Shown here: positions 35,408 to 44,179 of the stretch, one piece after another
How positions within the stretch are numbered: the first letter of the stretch is position 1
Layout of the letters: each line of letters starts with the position of its first letter
IMG/VR virus record: IMGVR_UViG_3300020470_000010
Coordinates: 1-53,782 of that record
DNA: 53,782 nt
Direction: 5' to 3' (one strand)
DNA from: a virus
Lineage: Duplodnaviria > Caudoviricetes
Notes under the pieces: generated by a model
Seen by the model: only the letters and a program-made list of their open reading frames with translations
Told to the model about the DNA's origin: nothing
Database searches by the model: none
Made by a program: the position numbers and the translations under genes

Positions 35408-36036
35408 TAGTCTCTGTAGTTATATGCCTGTTTTTCGTTGGCTTTATAAGCACGTTCCCAATCTCCTTCTCCACTTAATTCGTTGAAGACTATGCGTCCT
35501 AAATGACTAAATGAAGTATGGAATCTAGCTAACATCGACTGGAATAATGATCCTGGGCTTGGCGGCGGGAGATAAAAGACAGCCGACCAATCAGATGGGG
35601 AAACAGATCTGAATACTTCTAGCTCATCATCCCACCATGACGGACGCAATCTTTTAAAAGGTATGCAACAAGGGAAATCCCATAACCAAGGACACTTGAT
35701 AATTGTTTCGTTATAGCCTACCCACAAAACAGCCTGGTCAATGTGTCCAGCACGGTATTCTCTTAAGGTCTTATTAAACAGCTTTCTACTAGGAGCTAAT
35801 CCAGCAGGAGGTGCTACGAAGACTCTTCCTTTTCCAATACATTCCCAACTTTGAGAAGTACTTTTAAATAATGCATCTTCGCCATCGTTGCGATCAAAAA
35901 ATTTACTCGCCATCACCATGCGATTAATATCTTTAGTACTGTATGGATCTAGATCAATAGAGCCCAACACGCTACGTGCAGCTAATACGACAGGTTGTGG
36001 TGGAGCCAGGTCGCACCGATCAGGTCTTCTACTCAT
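35407..36036 (-). CDS. Phage N6-adenine DNA methyltransferase homologue with degenerate catalytic motif
   Basis: AARSVLGSIDLDPYS motif I; GRVFVAPPAG where NPPY is expected. Confidence 0.65.
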   Translation of the reverse strand: MSRRPDRCDLAPPQPVVLAARSVLGSIDLDPYSTKDINRMVMASKFFDRNDGEDALFKSTSQSWECIGKGRVFVAPPAGLAPSRKLFNKTLREYRAGHIDQAVLWVGYNETIIKCPWLWDFPCCIPFKRLRPSWWDDELEVFRSVSPSDWSAVFYLPPPSPGSLFQSMLARFHTSFSHLGRIVFNELSGEGDWERAYKANEKQAYNYRD

Positions 36037-36270
36037 TTACGGCAAGATGATCCTTTCTTTCTTTCTCCATCCTTTTCGATCTACCCATTCATTGAATTCT
36101 GCTTTCGCTTCGGGAGTCATGTAACCGAAGAATCTATTTAATGCGTGTTTAAGTGCGTAGTTTTTATCCTCATACTTGTCTAGTTCCAGCCCTCCATGCA
36201 ATGCACAGCAGGCATCGAGCAAGTCATACATTGGTATGGATGTTCTTGCGTTCTCTTGATCTTTATTCAT
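36037..36270 (-). CDS. Hypothetical protein
   Basis: 77-aa coupled ORF. Confidence 0.5.
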   Translation of the reverse strand: MNKDQENARTSIPMYDLLDACCALHGGLELDKYEDKNYALKHALNRFFGYMTPEAKAEFNEWVDRKGWRKKERIILP

Positions 36271-36731
36271 TATTTAGACATCTCCTCTAGTATTGCTTGT
36301 GCATGTTTAGCTGGATATTCTCGTTCTATGATTTTGGTGCTCATGCCAGTTTTATCGACGAGGACTACTAAGGCTGCTTTGGCTGGGTTAAATTGAACGA
36401 CAGTATCTACCAAACTCGATAAAAAAGCGTGATTAAATTCATCACCAGCCGCGTCTGTTTCAGCAGCACCTGCCTTTAAATCGTCTAAGGACAAATAGTA
36501 TTTACCTTCTTTCTCTCGATGAGGTTTGAGTTTAGTTAATGGATAAAATAATGCACCCGGACCATGCTTATCAAAACCTTCATCGTACATTTTGATGGCA
36601 TCAACGAGGATTAACTCGATAGCCATCACATTAATTTTGAGAGAAGCTTCTTTATCTCCTTTACTGCCGCCTGGCTTTGTCAGCTCAGGAAACATCTTTT
36701 TACCTAACTCACGTCGAGATGGTCGTGGCAT
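36270..36731 (-). CDS. Hypothetical protein
   Basis: 153-aa coupled ORF. Confidence 0.55.
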   Translation of the reverse strand: MPRPSRRELGKKMFPELTKPGGSKGDKEASLKINVMAIELILVDAIKMYDEGFDKHGPGALFYPLTKLKPHREKEGKYYLSLDDLKAGAAETDAAGDEFNHAFLSSLVDTVVQFNPAKAALVVLVDKTGMSTKIIEREYPAKHAQAILEEMSK

Positions 36732-36891
36732 TCCTGAAATTGACTAACAACTTATCAGCAGCTTGTTCTGCTAATTGAGCCAATTTTAGTATCTCCTGAC
36801 TATCTTCGCATCCTTTTATATAATCAATTGACTCACTTAGGTAGTTATGAGCCTTAATGAGCCGAACTGTCACCTCTAGAGAATTCTTCAT
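36709..36891 (-). CDS. Small hypothetical protein
   Basis: 60-aa helical ORF. Confidence 0.4.
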   Translation of the reverse strand: MKNSLEVTVRLIKAHNYLSESIDYIKGCEDSQEILKLAQLAEQAADKLLVNFRNATTIST

Positions 36892-37012
36892 AAGTCTGAC
36901 CGTTTGTACAAATATAATCCTTTGGCGGTTCTTTTAGCCACACTCTTCGGCCTTCAATGATACGGTATTGATTTTCTCCGCAGGAGACTGTGTAGGGTGG
37001 ATGAATTGACAC
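36854..37012 (-). CDS. Small hypothetical protein (52 aa, not in ORF track)
   Basis: GTG start, MSIHPPYTVSCGENQYRIIEGRRVWLKEPP... Confidence 0.4.
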   Translation of the reverse strand: MSIHPPYTVSCGENQYRIIEGRRVWLKEPPKDYICTNGQTYEEFSRGDSSAH

Positions 37013-37071
37013 TTAAGTATTTCGAACAAATTGAAGATAACGTTAGAAATACCTAAGTGCAACTATCTAGG

Positions 37072-37296
37072 TTACATTGCGTGTTTTGATTTATATTCTG
37101 GACTCAATTTGATATTACCTATCACTCTTTTTCTTGCTATATCTAGAGTTTCTCCATTCTCAACCATCTCATCAATATCTTTAAGCCAGTACGCTTTACC
37201 TTCTTCGTCAGGATCTCTGCTGAGATAAGTTTGATAAACAGAATCAACCCACTGAGAATTATCTAGATCTACATCAGCAGTTTGGGTGTCAGCCAT
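37072..37296 (-). CDS. Stand-alone DUF4214-like domain protein
   Basis: WVDSVYQTYLSRDPDEEGKAYWL...SPEY. Confidence 0.75.
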   Translation of the reverse strand: MADTQTADVDLDNSQWVDSVYQTYLSRDPDEEGKAYWLKDIDEMVENGETLDIARKRVIGNIKLSPEYKSKHAM

Positions 37297-37329
37297 GTTA
37301 ATAAGAATGCTATAGAAAGTTTAGTGACT

Positions 37330-38868
37330 TTATAAGTTTTTAGCTTCTTCTTTAATCTTTTTAGACCATTTTTCGAACATTGCTTCTGCATCCATTGGTG
37401 CTTTATTAAGATTATCTACGACTCCAGAACTGAGAGAATCTACAGCATGGTAACCAAGCTGAGCCATCTCCATGTTGGCTACCTTTTGTCTTTGAAGATC
37501 ATAAGCATGTTTTTCTCCTGCTGATTTTTGATTTGCTAAACGAATTAAGTTAGCCTGAGCACCACCACTTAATCCTTCCCAAGTTGCTGCGTCTACTCCG
37601 TAGAAACTTGTATCAGCCGCAGTTCCGCCTGCATCATCAGCACTAGAGCTAGTAGTCGTACTAGACAATGTATCTGCGGATGTTGTTGTATTGCCTGATG
37701 TCGTTGCAGCATTTTGATACTCATCCCAAGGATTTCTGTCTCCTTGTTTCTGAACCCATTCTGCTTGCTTATCATTCATGATATTACTGAAAGCTCTTTC
37801 TTCTGCTTCTTTTCTGCTCATTCCTCCTGCTATATCTGTTTCGATATTGTTCATCCAATAAATACCTCCTTCTTGACCAAGAGGTCTGTTGAATACAGTT
37901 TTATATAGATTGTTTAGCTTGCCTTCTGTAGTCGCGGGGAGCATTGTATTGAGTTGTTCTATCGTTAATCCTCCATGACTATCTTTTCCAGGTGTCATTG
38001 CTCCTACATATTTAGCCAGTTCTTCTCCAGTAGGATTACGGTCGAATGCTTTGTTAAATGACCTGATAACGGCAGCTTCGTTGGTTAGTTTTTGACCGGT
38101 TTGAGAATCCCAGCCCGAGAATTCTAGACCTTTAACAGATTCCAAACCAGGGGCATCTGCTCCTGTATAAGGGTTCTTCATCTGAGCTAAGTCGATATAG
38201 CCTTTAATAAGAGAATCAGATGGAGACCATATCCCTGCTGGTCCTGTCACCCCACCGATTTCACCTGTTCTTGGATCTAGCTTGGTATCGCCAATATTGT
38301 CGGGCAATGATTCTCCTTGTATATCTCCAATTTGTTGTGTCCCTCCTGTATCAGGTGCTTTGAATGCGTCAGTGTTAGACCATTTATATCTATAAGTAGG
38401 AATTTCATCTCCGAAATCGCTGAAGCTCCACTCTGAATCAGCAAAATCAGCTTTCGTAGAAAAACCTTCGAATAATGATTGACTATCGTCTTTATCCCTA
38501 CCAAATGTTTGCCCGTAAGGAGTATCTTTAAAACCAACACCTGCCAAGATATCCCCTGTACTTTGATCTTGTCTTAGACCGAATCTATTTAATAAGCTTT
38601 TATCAACATTAATTCCATGACGAGTAATTAATTTAGCAAGTGATTGCTGCATCGCAGCACCTTTATCGAACCATGCTCCAGAATGAGGAGCTCTTCCATC
38701 GCCAAGAATATCGTAGTTTTTCTCCCATATCTTGCTGAATTCGCCAGTAGATAGAGTCTTATCTCCGTCAGTATCTGCTCCTAGTAAATCATTCCATAAA
38801 TTAGTTTTGTAATGTTTGCCGTAATTACCTTTTCCACTCCAAGTGTGAGTACTCCAATCAGTTGCCAC
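37330..38868 (-). CDS. Large protein with two DUF4214-like modules
   Basis: VIRSFNKAFDRNPTGEELAKY and LNNLYKTVFNRPLGQEGGIYW; EF-hand-like DTDGDKTLSTGE near the N-terminus. Confidence 0.6.
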   Translation of the reverse strand: MATDWSTHTWSGKGNYGKHYKTNLWNDLLGADTDGDKTLSTGEFSKIWEKNYDILGDGRAPHSGAWFDKGAAMQQSLAKLITRHGINVDKSLLNRFGLRQDQSTGDILAGVGFKDTPYGQTFGRDKDDSQSLFEGFSTKADFADSEWSFSDFGDEIPTYRYKWSNTDAFKAPDTGGTQQIGDIQGESLPDNIGDTKLDPRTGEIGGVTGPAGIWSPSDSLIKGYIDLAQMKNPYTGADAPGLESVKGLEFSGWDSQTGQKLTNEAAVIRSFNKAFDRNPTGEELAKYVGAMTPGKDSHGGLTIEQLNTMLPATTEGKLNNLYKTVFNRPLGQEGGIYWMNNIETDIAGGMSRKEAEERAFSNIMNDKQAEWVQKQGDRNPWDEYQNAATTSGNTTTSADTLSSTTTSSSADDAGGTAADTSFYGVDAATWEGLSGGAQANLIRLANQKSAGEKHAYDLQRQKVANMEMAQLGYHAVDSLSSGVVDNLNKAPMDAEAMFEKWSKKIKEEAKNL

Positions 38869-38907
38869 GATGTCTACACATAGTCAATACTTATATAGTA
38901 GCTGCGG

Positions 38908-39594
38908 CTAGAACTCGTCGTTCTGTATTAGGTTGGCGTTGATAAGTGTTTTAGTGTCTAGAGGCCCGCTGGCATTCATTCTGAAATCGATCCATATCTT
39001 ATTATCTTTCTCTATTTTCTCGAAACGTTTTGGATCTTTATCTCGCGTCGTTTCCAAGAAACGTTGAGTATCTTCCATTAATTTTCTCGAATTAAATTCT
39101 AAATCAATAGCATGAAGGTGGCGGTGGTTAAAGAAATGAGGTACTCCCTTTACTCTTAAATGCAGGGGATTACAGCAATCATTATTTCCGCAAACAGCTT
39201 TGATTGGGAGTCTTCCTATATCCCCCCAAGAAAACCAAACAGCACATCGTTGAGCACTATATTGCCTACCTCCCCAGTGCCTAGGCATTGAAAAATAAGT
39301 CGACCTTGATCTGCTGTGAGTGGGACCATGCCAAGGCCAGCATTCATCAGCAGTGCCTATTTCAACAAAAGACCAAAATTCTAGAAAACGTCGACGGTGT
39401 TTCTTCTCTATCTCATGTATATCTAAAGACAATCTCCCCTCGGTCAGAGATGAAATACATCTCACACAAGAATGACTATCGCTATAGCGAGGGATACGAC
39501 CATCCTTAGAACCAATAGAATGATCCTTGCAGAAACATACTGGACCACCTTCTATATTTGAATGAAGATTAGGTGGTATTGGCCACTGTGCCAT
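38908..39594 (-). CDS. His-Me finger (HNH-like) protein with N-terminal Zn finger and degenerate active site
   Basis: RFLEFWSFV....ECWPWHG, SAQRCAV, AVCGNNDCCNPLHL. Confidence 0.6.
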   Translation of the reverse strand: MAQWPIPPNLHSNIEGGPVCFCKDHSIGSKDGRIPRYSDSHSCVRCISSLTEGRLSLDIHEIEKKHRRRFLEFWSFVEIGTADECWPWHGPTHSRSRSTYFSMPRHWGGRQYSAQRCAVWFSWGDIGRLPIKAVCGNNDCCNPLHLRVKGVPHFFNHRHLHAIDLEFNSRKLMEDTQRFLETTRDKDPKRFEKIEKDNKIWIDFRMNASGPLDTKTLINANLIQNDEF

Positions 39595-39834
39595 TTAAAT
39601 ATTTAAGGGAAAGCCTTTAGGTGGTTTAAACTTACCACCCATCTTGACTAATTGCTCTTTTTTAGGCTTTAACTCTACGATTCTTGTGTCCCACAACTCT
39701 TGTCTTGTAGATCCTTCGATGATGACAGGAAGTTTTTCTAGGTGGAGTCCAACAGTTTGAGATTGTCCAACGACAAAACCATCTTGGTTATTTGTTATGT
39801 GTCGAACTCTTTGACCAACTTGAAAAGTAGACAT
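39595..39834 (-). CDS. Small SH3/KOW-like protein
   Basis: FQVGQRVRH....GFVVG. Confidence 0.5.
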   Translation of the reverse strand: MSTFQVGQRVRHITNNQDGFVVGQSQTVGLHLEKLPVIIEGSTRQELWDTRIVELKPKKEQLVKMGGKFKPPKGFPLNI

Positions 39835-39867
39835 TTAATTAAGCCTTCAAACTAGGTTAATTACTGT

Positions 39868-40404
39868 CTAAGTTACGTCAAGCGAACAAGGTGATGCATC
39901 TATCGGTTCTTCTTCTTGATTCATTGGACCTTTCATCGGCACTCTGTGAACTGTGACTCCTGCTTCGACAAACATTTGACGAGCTAAATCAAAACTTTCC
40001 TGCCATCTATATGGTTCCACAAAATCAGGGACAACAACTTTATTGATTTCCGCTTGAATTAATACAGCAGCGCATTGGCTACATGTCATGAGTGGCCAAA
40101 CATACATAGTTGCCCCTGTCAGACAAACACCACTACGTGCTGCGTAAGCAACACAATTCATCTCGGCGTGAGTTGTCATCTTGAGGCGAGTCTCTCTATT
40201 AGCTAGTCGACTATCCGTATCATCGACTCCTGCAGGTAGACCGTTATATCCTGTAGCGAGTATCCTACGATTCCTCACAGCTACTGCTCCCACTTTTGTT
40301 GAAGGATCTTTAGACCATCCAGCCACGTGCGAAGCAAGAACTAAAAAACGTTGATCCCAATGCTTTGGTGGCTTAGGTGGACGTCCAATACTCTTAGTAT
40401 CCAT
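39868..40404 (-). CDS. dCMP deaminase
   Basis: SKDPSTKVGAV, ATGYNG, HAEMN, TCSQCA; likely start ATG 40404. Confidence 0.92.
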   Translation of the reverse strand: MDTKSIGRPPKPPKHWDQRFLVLASHVAGWSKDPSTKVGAVAVRNRRILATGYNGLPAGVDDTDSRLANRETRLKMTTHAEMNCVAYAARSGVCLTGATMYVWPLMTCSQCAAVLIQAEINKVVVPDFVEPYRWQESFDLARQMFVEAGVTVHRVPMKGPMNQEEEPIDASPCSLDVT

Positions 40405-40444
40405 TAATAACTTAAAATAAATATGGAACCCTACTGCCTTTCTT

Positions 40445-40672
40445 GTGCTTGAAGTTGTCGCTGTTTTAGGACTCGCCGCAACAGGAGCGTTGTGGAGAAT
40501 GGCCTTCGAGCAAGGAAGTATGAAGAAGGGTATGGAATCAATTTTAAATGAAGTTCGCCTCTTAAGAAACGAGGTAAGCAAAGATATCAGGCATATCGAA
40601 CGTAACTTGCATGATCATGAGAAAAGAATAAGAAATCTTGAAGATGTATCACATGATCACAAAAGAAGATGA
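40445..40672 (+). CDS. Small TM plus coiled-coil protein (XhlA/holin-like)
   Basis: N-terminal TM; LHDHEKRIRNLE. Confidence 0.45.
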   Translation: MLEVVAVLGLAATGALWRMAFEQGSMKKGMESILNEVRLLRNEVSKDIRHIERNLHDHEKRIRNLEDVSHDHKRR

Positions 40673-40856
40673 AATGGACTGGGATAAAGAGATAGAGAAT
40701 GATAGACTGAAGGGTATGATCATCGTCTATCAAGAGCACATTGATGTGCTGGAGAAAGAGACCCAGGAGCTGAAGGATAAGATTGTCTTTTTAGAAACAC
40801 AGTTGGAATATAAAAGCTACGGCCCTCCTACCTACGAAGAGATCTCAGCTAGTTAG
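40638..40856 (+). CDS. Small coiled-coil protein
   Basis: 72 aa; start may be ATG 40654 or 40674. Confidence 0.45.
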   Translation: MKMYHMITKEDEMDWDKEIENDRLKGMIIVYQEHIDVLEKETQELKDKIVFLETQLEYKSYGPPTYEEISAS

Positions 40857-41190
40857 CGCCTCCTTCTACGTCTGCACCTGATCCGACACACGCAGATTGT
40901 TCTGGAGCCCAGCTAGGTCTGTATCCAGAGAACCATATTTTCCGTGTCTTCTCAAAGAGTTGTTCTTTGGATAAATTCCATTTAGACAGGCATAACTGCA
41001 GATCTTCTCTGATATGCAGGAAAGGGCGATTATCCCAGTAACGCATGCACAGTCTTGCTATATCTATATATTCTTCATCCGTTGGTTCCTCCATCGATAT
41101 GATCTGACTTAATAAGTTTCTATCATGATCAACTAAAGCAGCATTATCTGTTCGATAGGCAGCAGTATTTTGAGGAGAAACTCGTGGCAT
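40849..41190 (-). CDS. DUF3288-like cyanobacterial protein
   Basis: DR..L......PTD......ARL..RY......I..DL...L..W.L..E.LF.KTR.IW..GYRP. Confidence 0.7.
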   Translation of the reverse strand: MPRVSPQNTAAYRTDNAALVDHDRNLLSQIISMEEPTDEEYIDIARLCMRYWDNRPFLHIREDLQLCLSKWNLSKEQLFEKTRKIWFSGYRPSWAPEQSACVGSGADVEGGAN

Positions 41191-41209
41191 CGGAGATTTA
41201 CGTTGTGAC

Positions 41210-41495
41210 AAGTTGACCTTAAAAAACCCTGTCAGAAATCTAAAGAAGACTTGACAGGGTGTCAAGAGTATTTAATTGGTATGACTTAGTTCTTAAGCAA
41301 GTTGACGGGGTTGACAGGGTTTGCTAGAACTCTCTCAGAATATTTCCTCCTCTCTTGGAAGAAGAAAGAACCAAGACCTAGCTTGATATTAGACGTTCTT
41401 TTTAGTGAACAACTCGAAGGAAAATATTAGGATTAAGTATTATTTAGTTTCTCCCTACAAAGTTCTTAAGCGACCCTGTCAACCCTGTCAATAAA
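41210..41495. repeat. Iteron-like direct/inverted repeat array, candidate replication origin
   Basis: TTGACAGGGT or its complement at 41226, 41251, 41302 (variant), 41311, 41473, 41482; agttcttaagc at 41288 and 41461. Confidence 0.65.
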
Positions 41496-41565
41496 TTCAA
41501 AAAGCAAAGGGTGCAAGCTTTTACAGCCGACACCCCTAAAAGCTATTGAATTAAATCTGCCAGGG

Positions 41566-43920
41566 TTAGTTTGGTCTAAGCCAAATACGGCGAGTCTTAC
41601 CATCAATGGTTGCACGACATTGCTTGTAATTCAAACGCTTCAACGCATCAGTTACTTGCATGCCTATCTGAGCTTGCTTATCGACAGCAATTTCTAGCCA
41701 TGAATAAAGATCGGAGAGAGTTATATAACCTTGGGTCTTGTAATAGCCAGTCATATTTCTTGTTAATGTTTCTGCGATTCTTGTCTCCAAGGGACTGTCT
41801 TTAGTGAAGCTATCGATGTAGTCAGCGATGTGACTCAGTTCATAGCTAGAGAAATTATGAATTGGCTCATCTAGATATGCTTGATATGCTGCAGCCCAAA
41901 TAGAATTGCGATCTGCTTTAAGCCTGTCGAGATCTATGATCTTTAATTTAGGATTATCTTTCGATGCAACTTTTCCTGAGACAATAATAGGCATGAAGCG
42001 TCTATTTCCTGTGGGGTCTACAAGGAAATCCATACCGTTAGTAGCTCCTGCAAGAACAAAGCTGCGAGGGTAATTCTTCTCATTTTCATACTTTCGAGCA
42101 CTTCTATCAACTGAAACACTGACGAGGTTCTTCAATTCTTCAACGTGTTTTCTTTTGAAGTATCTTTCAGCTTCATCTAGAACAACAATCCAACCAGAAT
42201 GAAGTGCATGAGGTCTGTCTTTCAGATATTCAATTCCTTGCTGAATAGTAGAAACCCAAGGATAATTACCAGGATCTGCAGGGTCAGGCGGCGTGAGGTA
42301 TTGGAAAAATGTTGATTTACCACAGTTCTGCCCACCAATGAAGATAGGCATCCAGTCGTGTCTTACTCCAGGCTGAAGAACTCTTGCTACTGCTCCGATC
42401 ATGAAGCGTTTCATAATGACATCAGCTAGAAGTTTGCCGTCAGGCATCCTAGGATTCTGAGCTATATCTTCTGGAGTACCTATTAATGTGGACGCGATCG
42501 TATCGAAATAATCGCAAGGAGTACTTCTGCTAGCTACGAATTCTAAATAAGCTTTACAAGGGTTGTATTCATTCCTGTCTGCCATCACCGTAGTGACGTC
42601 GTAAACTAAGGTTTTAGGGAATGCTCTACCTTCTCGGGTAGGGATTTTGACGTAGGTAGTCGAAACGTCCCGAATAATACTGGGGTTAGCTTTGGATCCA
42701 TATTCCATATCCAAAGACATTGCATTGCGACGTAAGTCAGGGTAAGCAGTACGAAGATGCCTTTCGATGATTTCAATTTCACTTAGGCCATCTCTGTTCT
42801 GTGGAGTTCGCGCGTGAACCGCAGGTTCATCTGAGATTTCTTCGGCATGATGAGTCGGTGGCGTATTTACTGGAGGAGGGGTAGGAGCGATGATATTCCA
42901 AGGTCTATTTTCGCTGAATAAGCCTTGAGTAGGTGTGGCGACTATTTCTTCTTCTAGTTCCTCGTCTTCTCCGCCAAAATCGGAATGGTCGTAACCACTG
43001 ACTGAGAAACGTTGGCCAATAAAATCTGTTCCGAAATCTCCTGACCCTTTTAGTTCTGAAGGAAGTTTTTTGCGCCATTCTGAATCGCATTCATTTGCAC
43101 AGTAGAACAAAGTAGCAAGACTTGATCCGTTGAAACCGTAGAAAAACTTCTCTGTGCAACGTCTGGAGTTGTTTCCTGTTCCATGATGTCCTTGAGAAGC
43201 CCAGTCACACCAAGCTGTGTAAATAGAACTGCCACCAGCTCTTGCAGCTGCAGTGACCTTTGTGAATCTCTGATATTCTCCTTCGCTGGTTGGCTCTATA
43301 ACTTGCTCTAAGCAGTAGATCGCTTGATCAATAGTTATTTGATCGTAATCTTTGGTCTCATGGTCGTAGCGTGTTCTTCTTCTCTCTGCTTCTTTCTCTG
43401 CTTCATTAATTAGGTCTGAAGGGAGAATAGTTGAAGGCTGCCACAAGATTGTTTCTCCTTCGCTGTTTCCGTAAAACAATCGACATGCATCTGTGCAAGC
43501 TTGATCCCCTCCTAAAGCTTTAGACAGGATCGTCAGGATTGCCTTATAGAGATCCCCATCTGTTACCTTTTGAGGCAGTTGAAAGATTACTCTGTATCGA
43601 TGTTTATTTTCAGCAGCATTATGACTAGCGGTTGTATACGCAAAAGTGGCACTACGTGCTAATGGGTGTTTCAGGAAATCTTCAATCTTCAGTCCATTAT
43701 CAATATCAACACAGGCAAGGTTTGCATAGTCAAATGCAGCACTTGATCTTCTATGGGATGTCATGGCTGCAGCCACGAATGCCCCGCCGTTTAATATATG
43801 ATCTCTGAGTGATTCAAGGTCACTGCTTTGCAGTTTCCATTGCTCTGCAAAAGAAGGCTTCCATCCACTTCGAGGTTTGTTATGAATTTCGGGGTGAGTG
43901 CTGAAACTGAGCTTTTCCAT
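41566..43920 (-). CDS. Primase-helicase (N-terminal primase-like/PriCT region plus VapE SF3 helicase)
   Basis: CVDIDNG, YTTASH, RYRVIF, D.CRLFYG; GGQNCGKST, VVLDE, LAGATN, DPTGNRRF. Confidence 0.88.
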   Translation of the reverse strand: MEKLSFSTHPEIHNKPRSGWKPSFAEQWKLQSSDLESLRDHILNGGAFVAAAMTSHRRSSAAFDYANLACVDIDNGLKIEDFLKHPLARSATFAYTTASHNAAENKHRYRVIFQLPQKVTDGDLYKAILTILSKALGGDQACTDACRLFYGNSEGETILWQPSTILPSDLINEAEKEAERRRTRYDHETKDYDQITIDQAIYCLEQVIEPTSEGEYQRFTKVTAAARAGGSSIYTAWCDWASQGHHGTGNNSRRCTEKFFYGFNGSSLATLFYCANECDSEWRKKLPSELKGSGDFGTDFIGQRFSVSGYDHSDFGGEDEELEEEIVATPTQGLFSENRPWNIIAPTPPPVNTPPTHHAEEISDEPAVHARTPQNRDGLSEIEIIERHLRTAYPDLRRNAMSLDMEYGSKANPSIIRDVSTTYVKIPTREGRAFPKTLVYDVTTVMADRNEYNPCKAYLEFVASRSTPCDYFDTIASTLIGTPEDIAQNPRMPDGKLLADVIMKRFMIGAVARVLQPGVRHDWMPIFIGGQNCGKSTFFQYLTPPDPADPGNYPWVSTIQQGIEYLKDRPHALHSGWIVVLDEAERYFKRKHVEELKNLVSVSVDRSARKYENEKNYPRSFVLAGATNGMDFLVDPTGNRRFMPIIVSGKVASKDNPKLKIIDLDRLKADRNSIWAAAYQAYLDEPIHNFSSYELSHIADYIDSFTKDSPLETRIAETLTRNMTGYYKTQGYITLSDLYSWLEIAVDKQAQIGMQVTDALKRLNYKQCRATIDGKTRRIWLRPN

Positions 43921-43969
43921 ATTTTTCTCCTAGGAAACTAAATTAACAAATCCAGATAAAAGTGCAAGA

Positions 43970-44179
43970 CTAACTTTGATATAGGGCATGTTCTAGAAGC
44001 ATCTTGTCTAGAACTTCTTTCATGAAGAAGACCATCTCGCCTTCTTTCTTTTTACTTGGAAGATTGAAATCGTGAGCAGCCATATATTCAATCAGGCTGG
44101 TCTTAAGTATTCGCATTGCCTCCGCATTTAGCTCTAAAGCTAAACGAAATTCATCCTTATCATCGAGTCGACTAGTCAT
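43970..44179 (-). CDS. Hypothetical protein
   Basis: 69-aa coupled ORF. Confidence 0.45.
   Translation of the reverse strand: MTSRLDDKDEFRLALELNAEAMRILKTSLIEYMAAHDFNLPSKKKEGEMVFFMKEVLDKMLLEHALYQS

Noticed and set aside
40405-40581. N-terminal extension of dCMP deaminase in the ORF track
   Set aside because: Overlaps the divergent + strand gene; homology begins after ATG 40404
41191-41265. N-terminal extension of the DUF3288-like ORF
   Set aside because: Runs through the repeat array; ATG 41190 is the more plausible start
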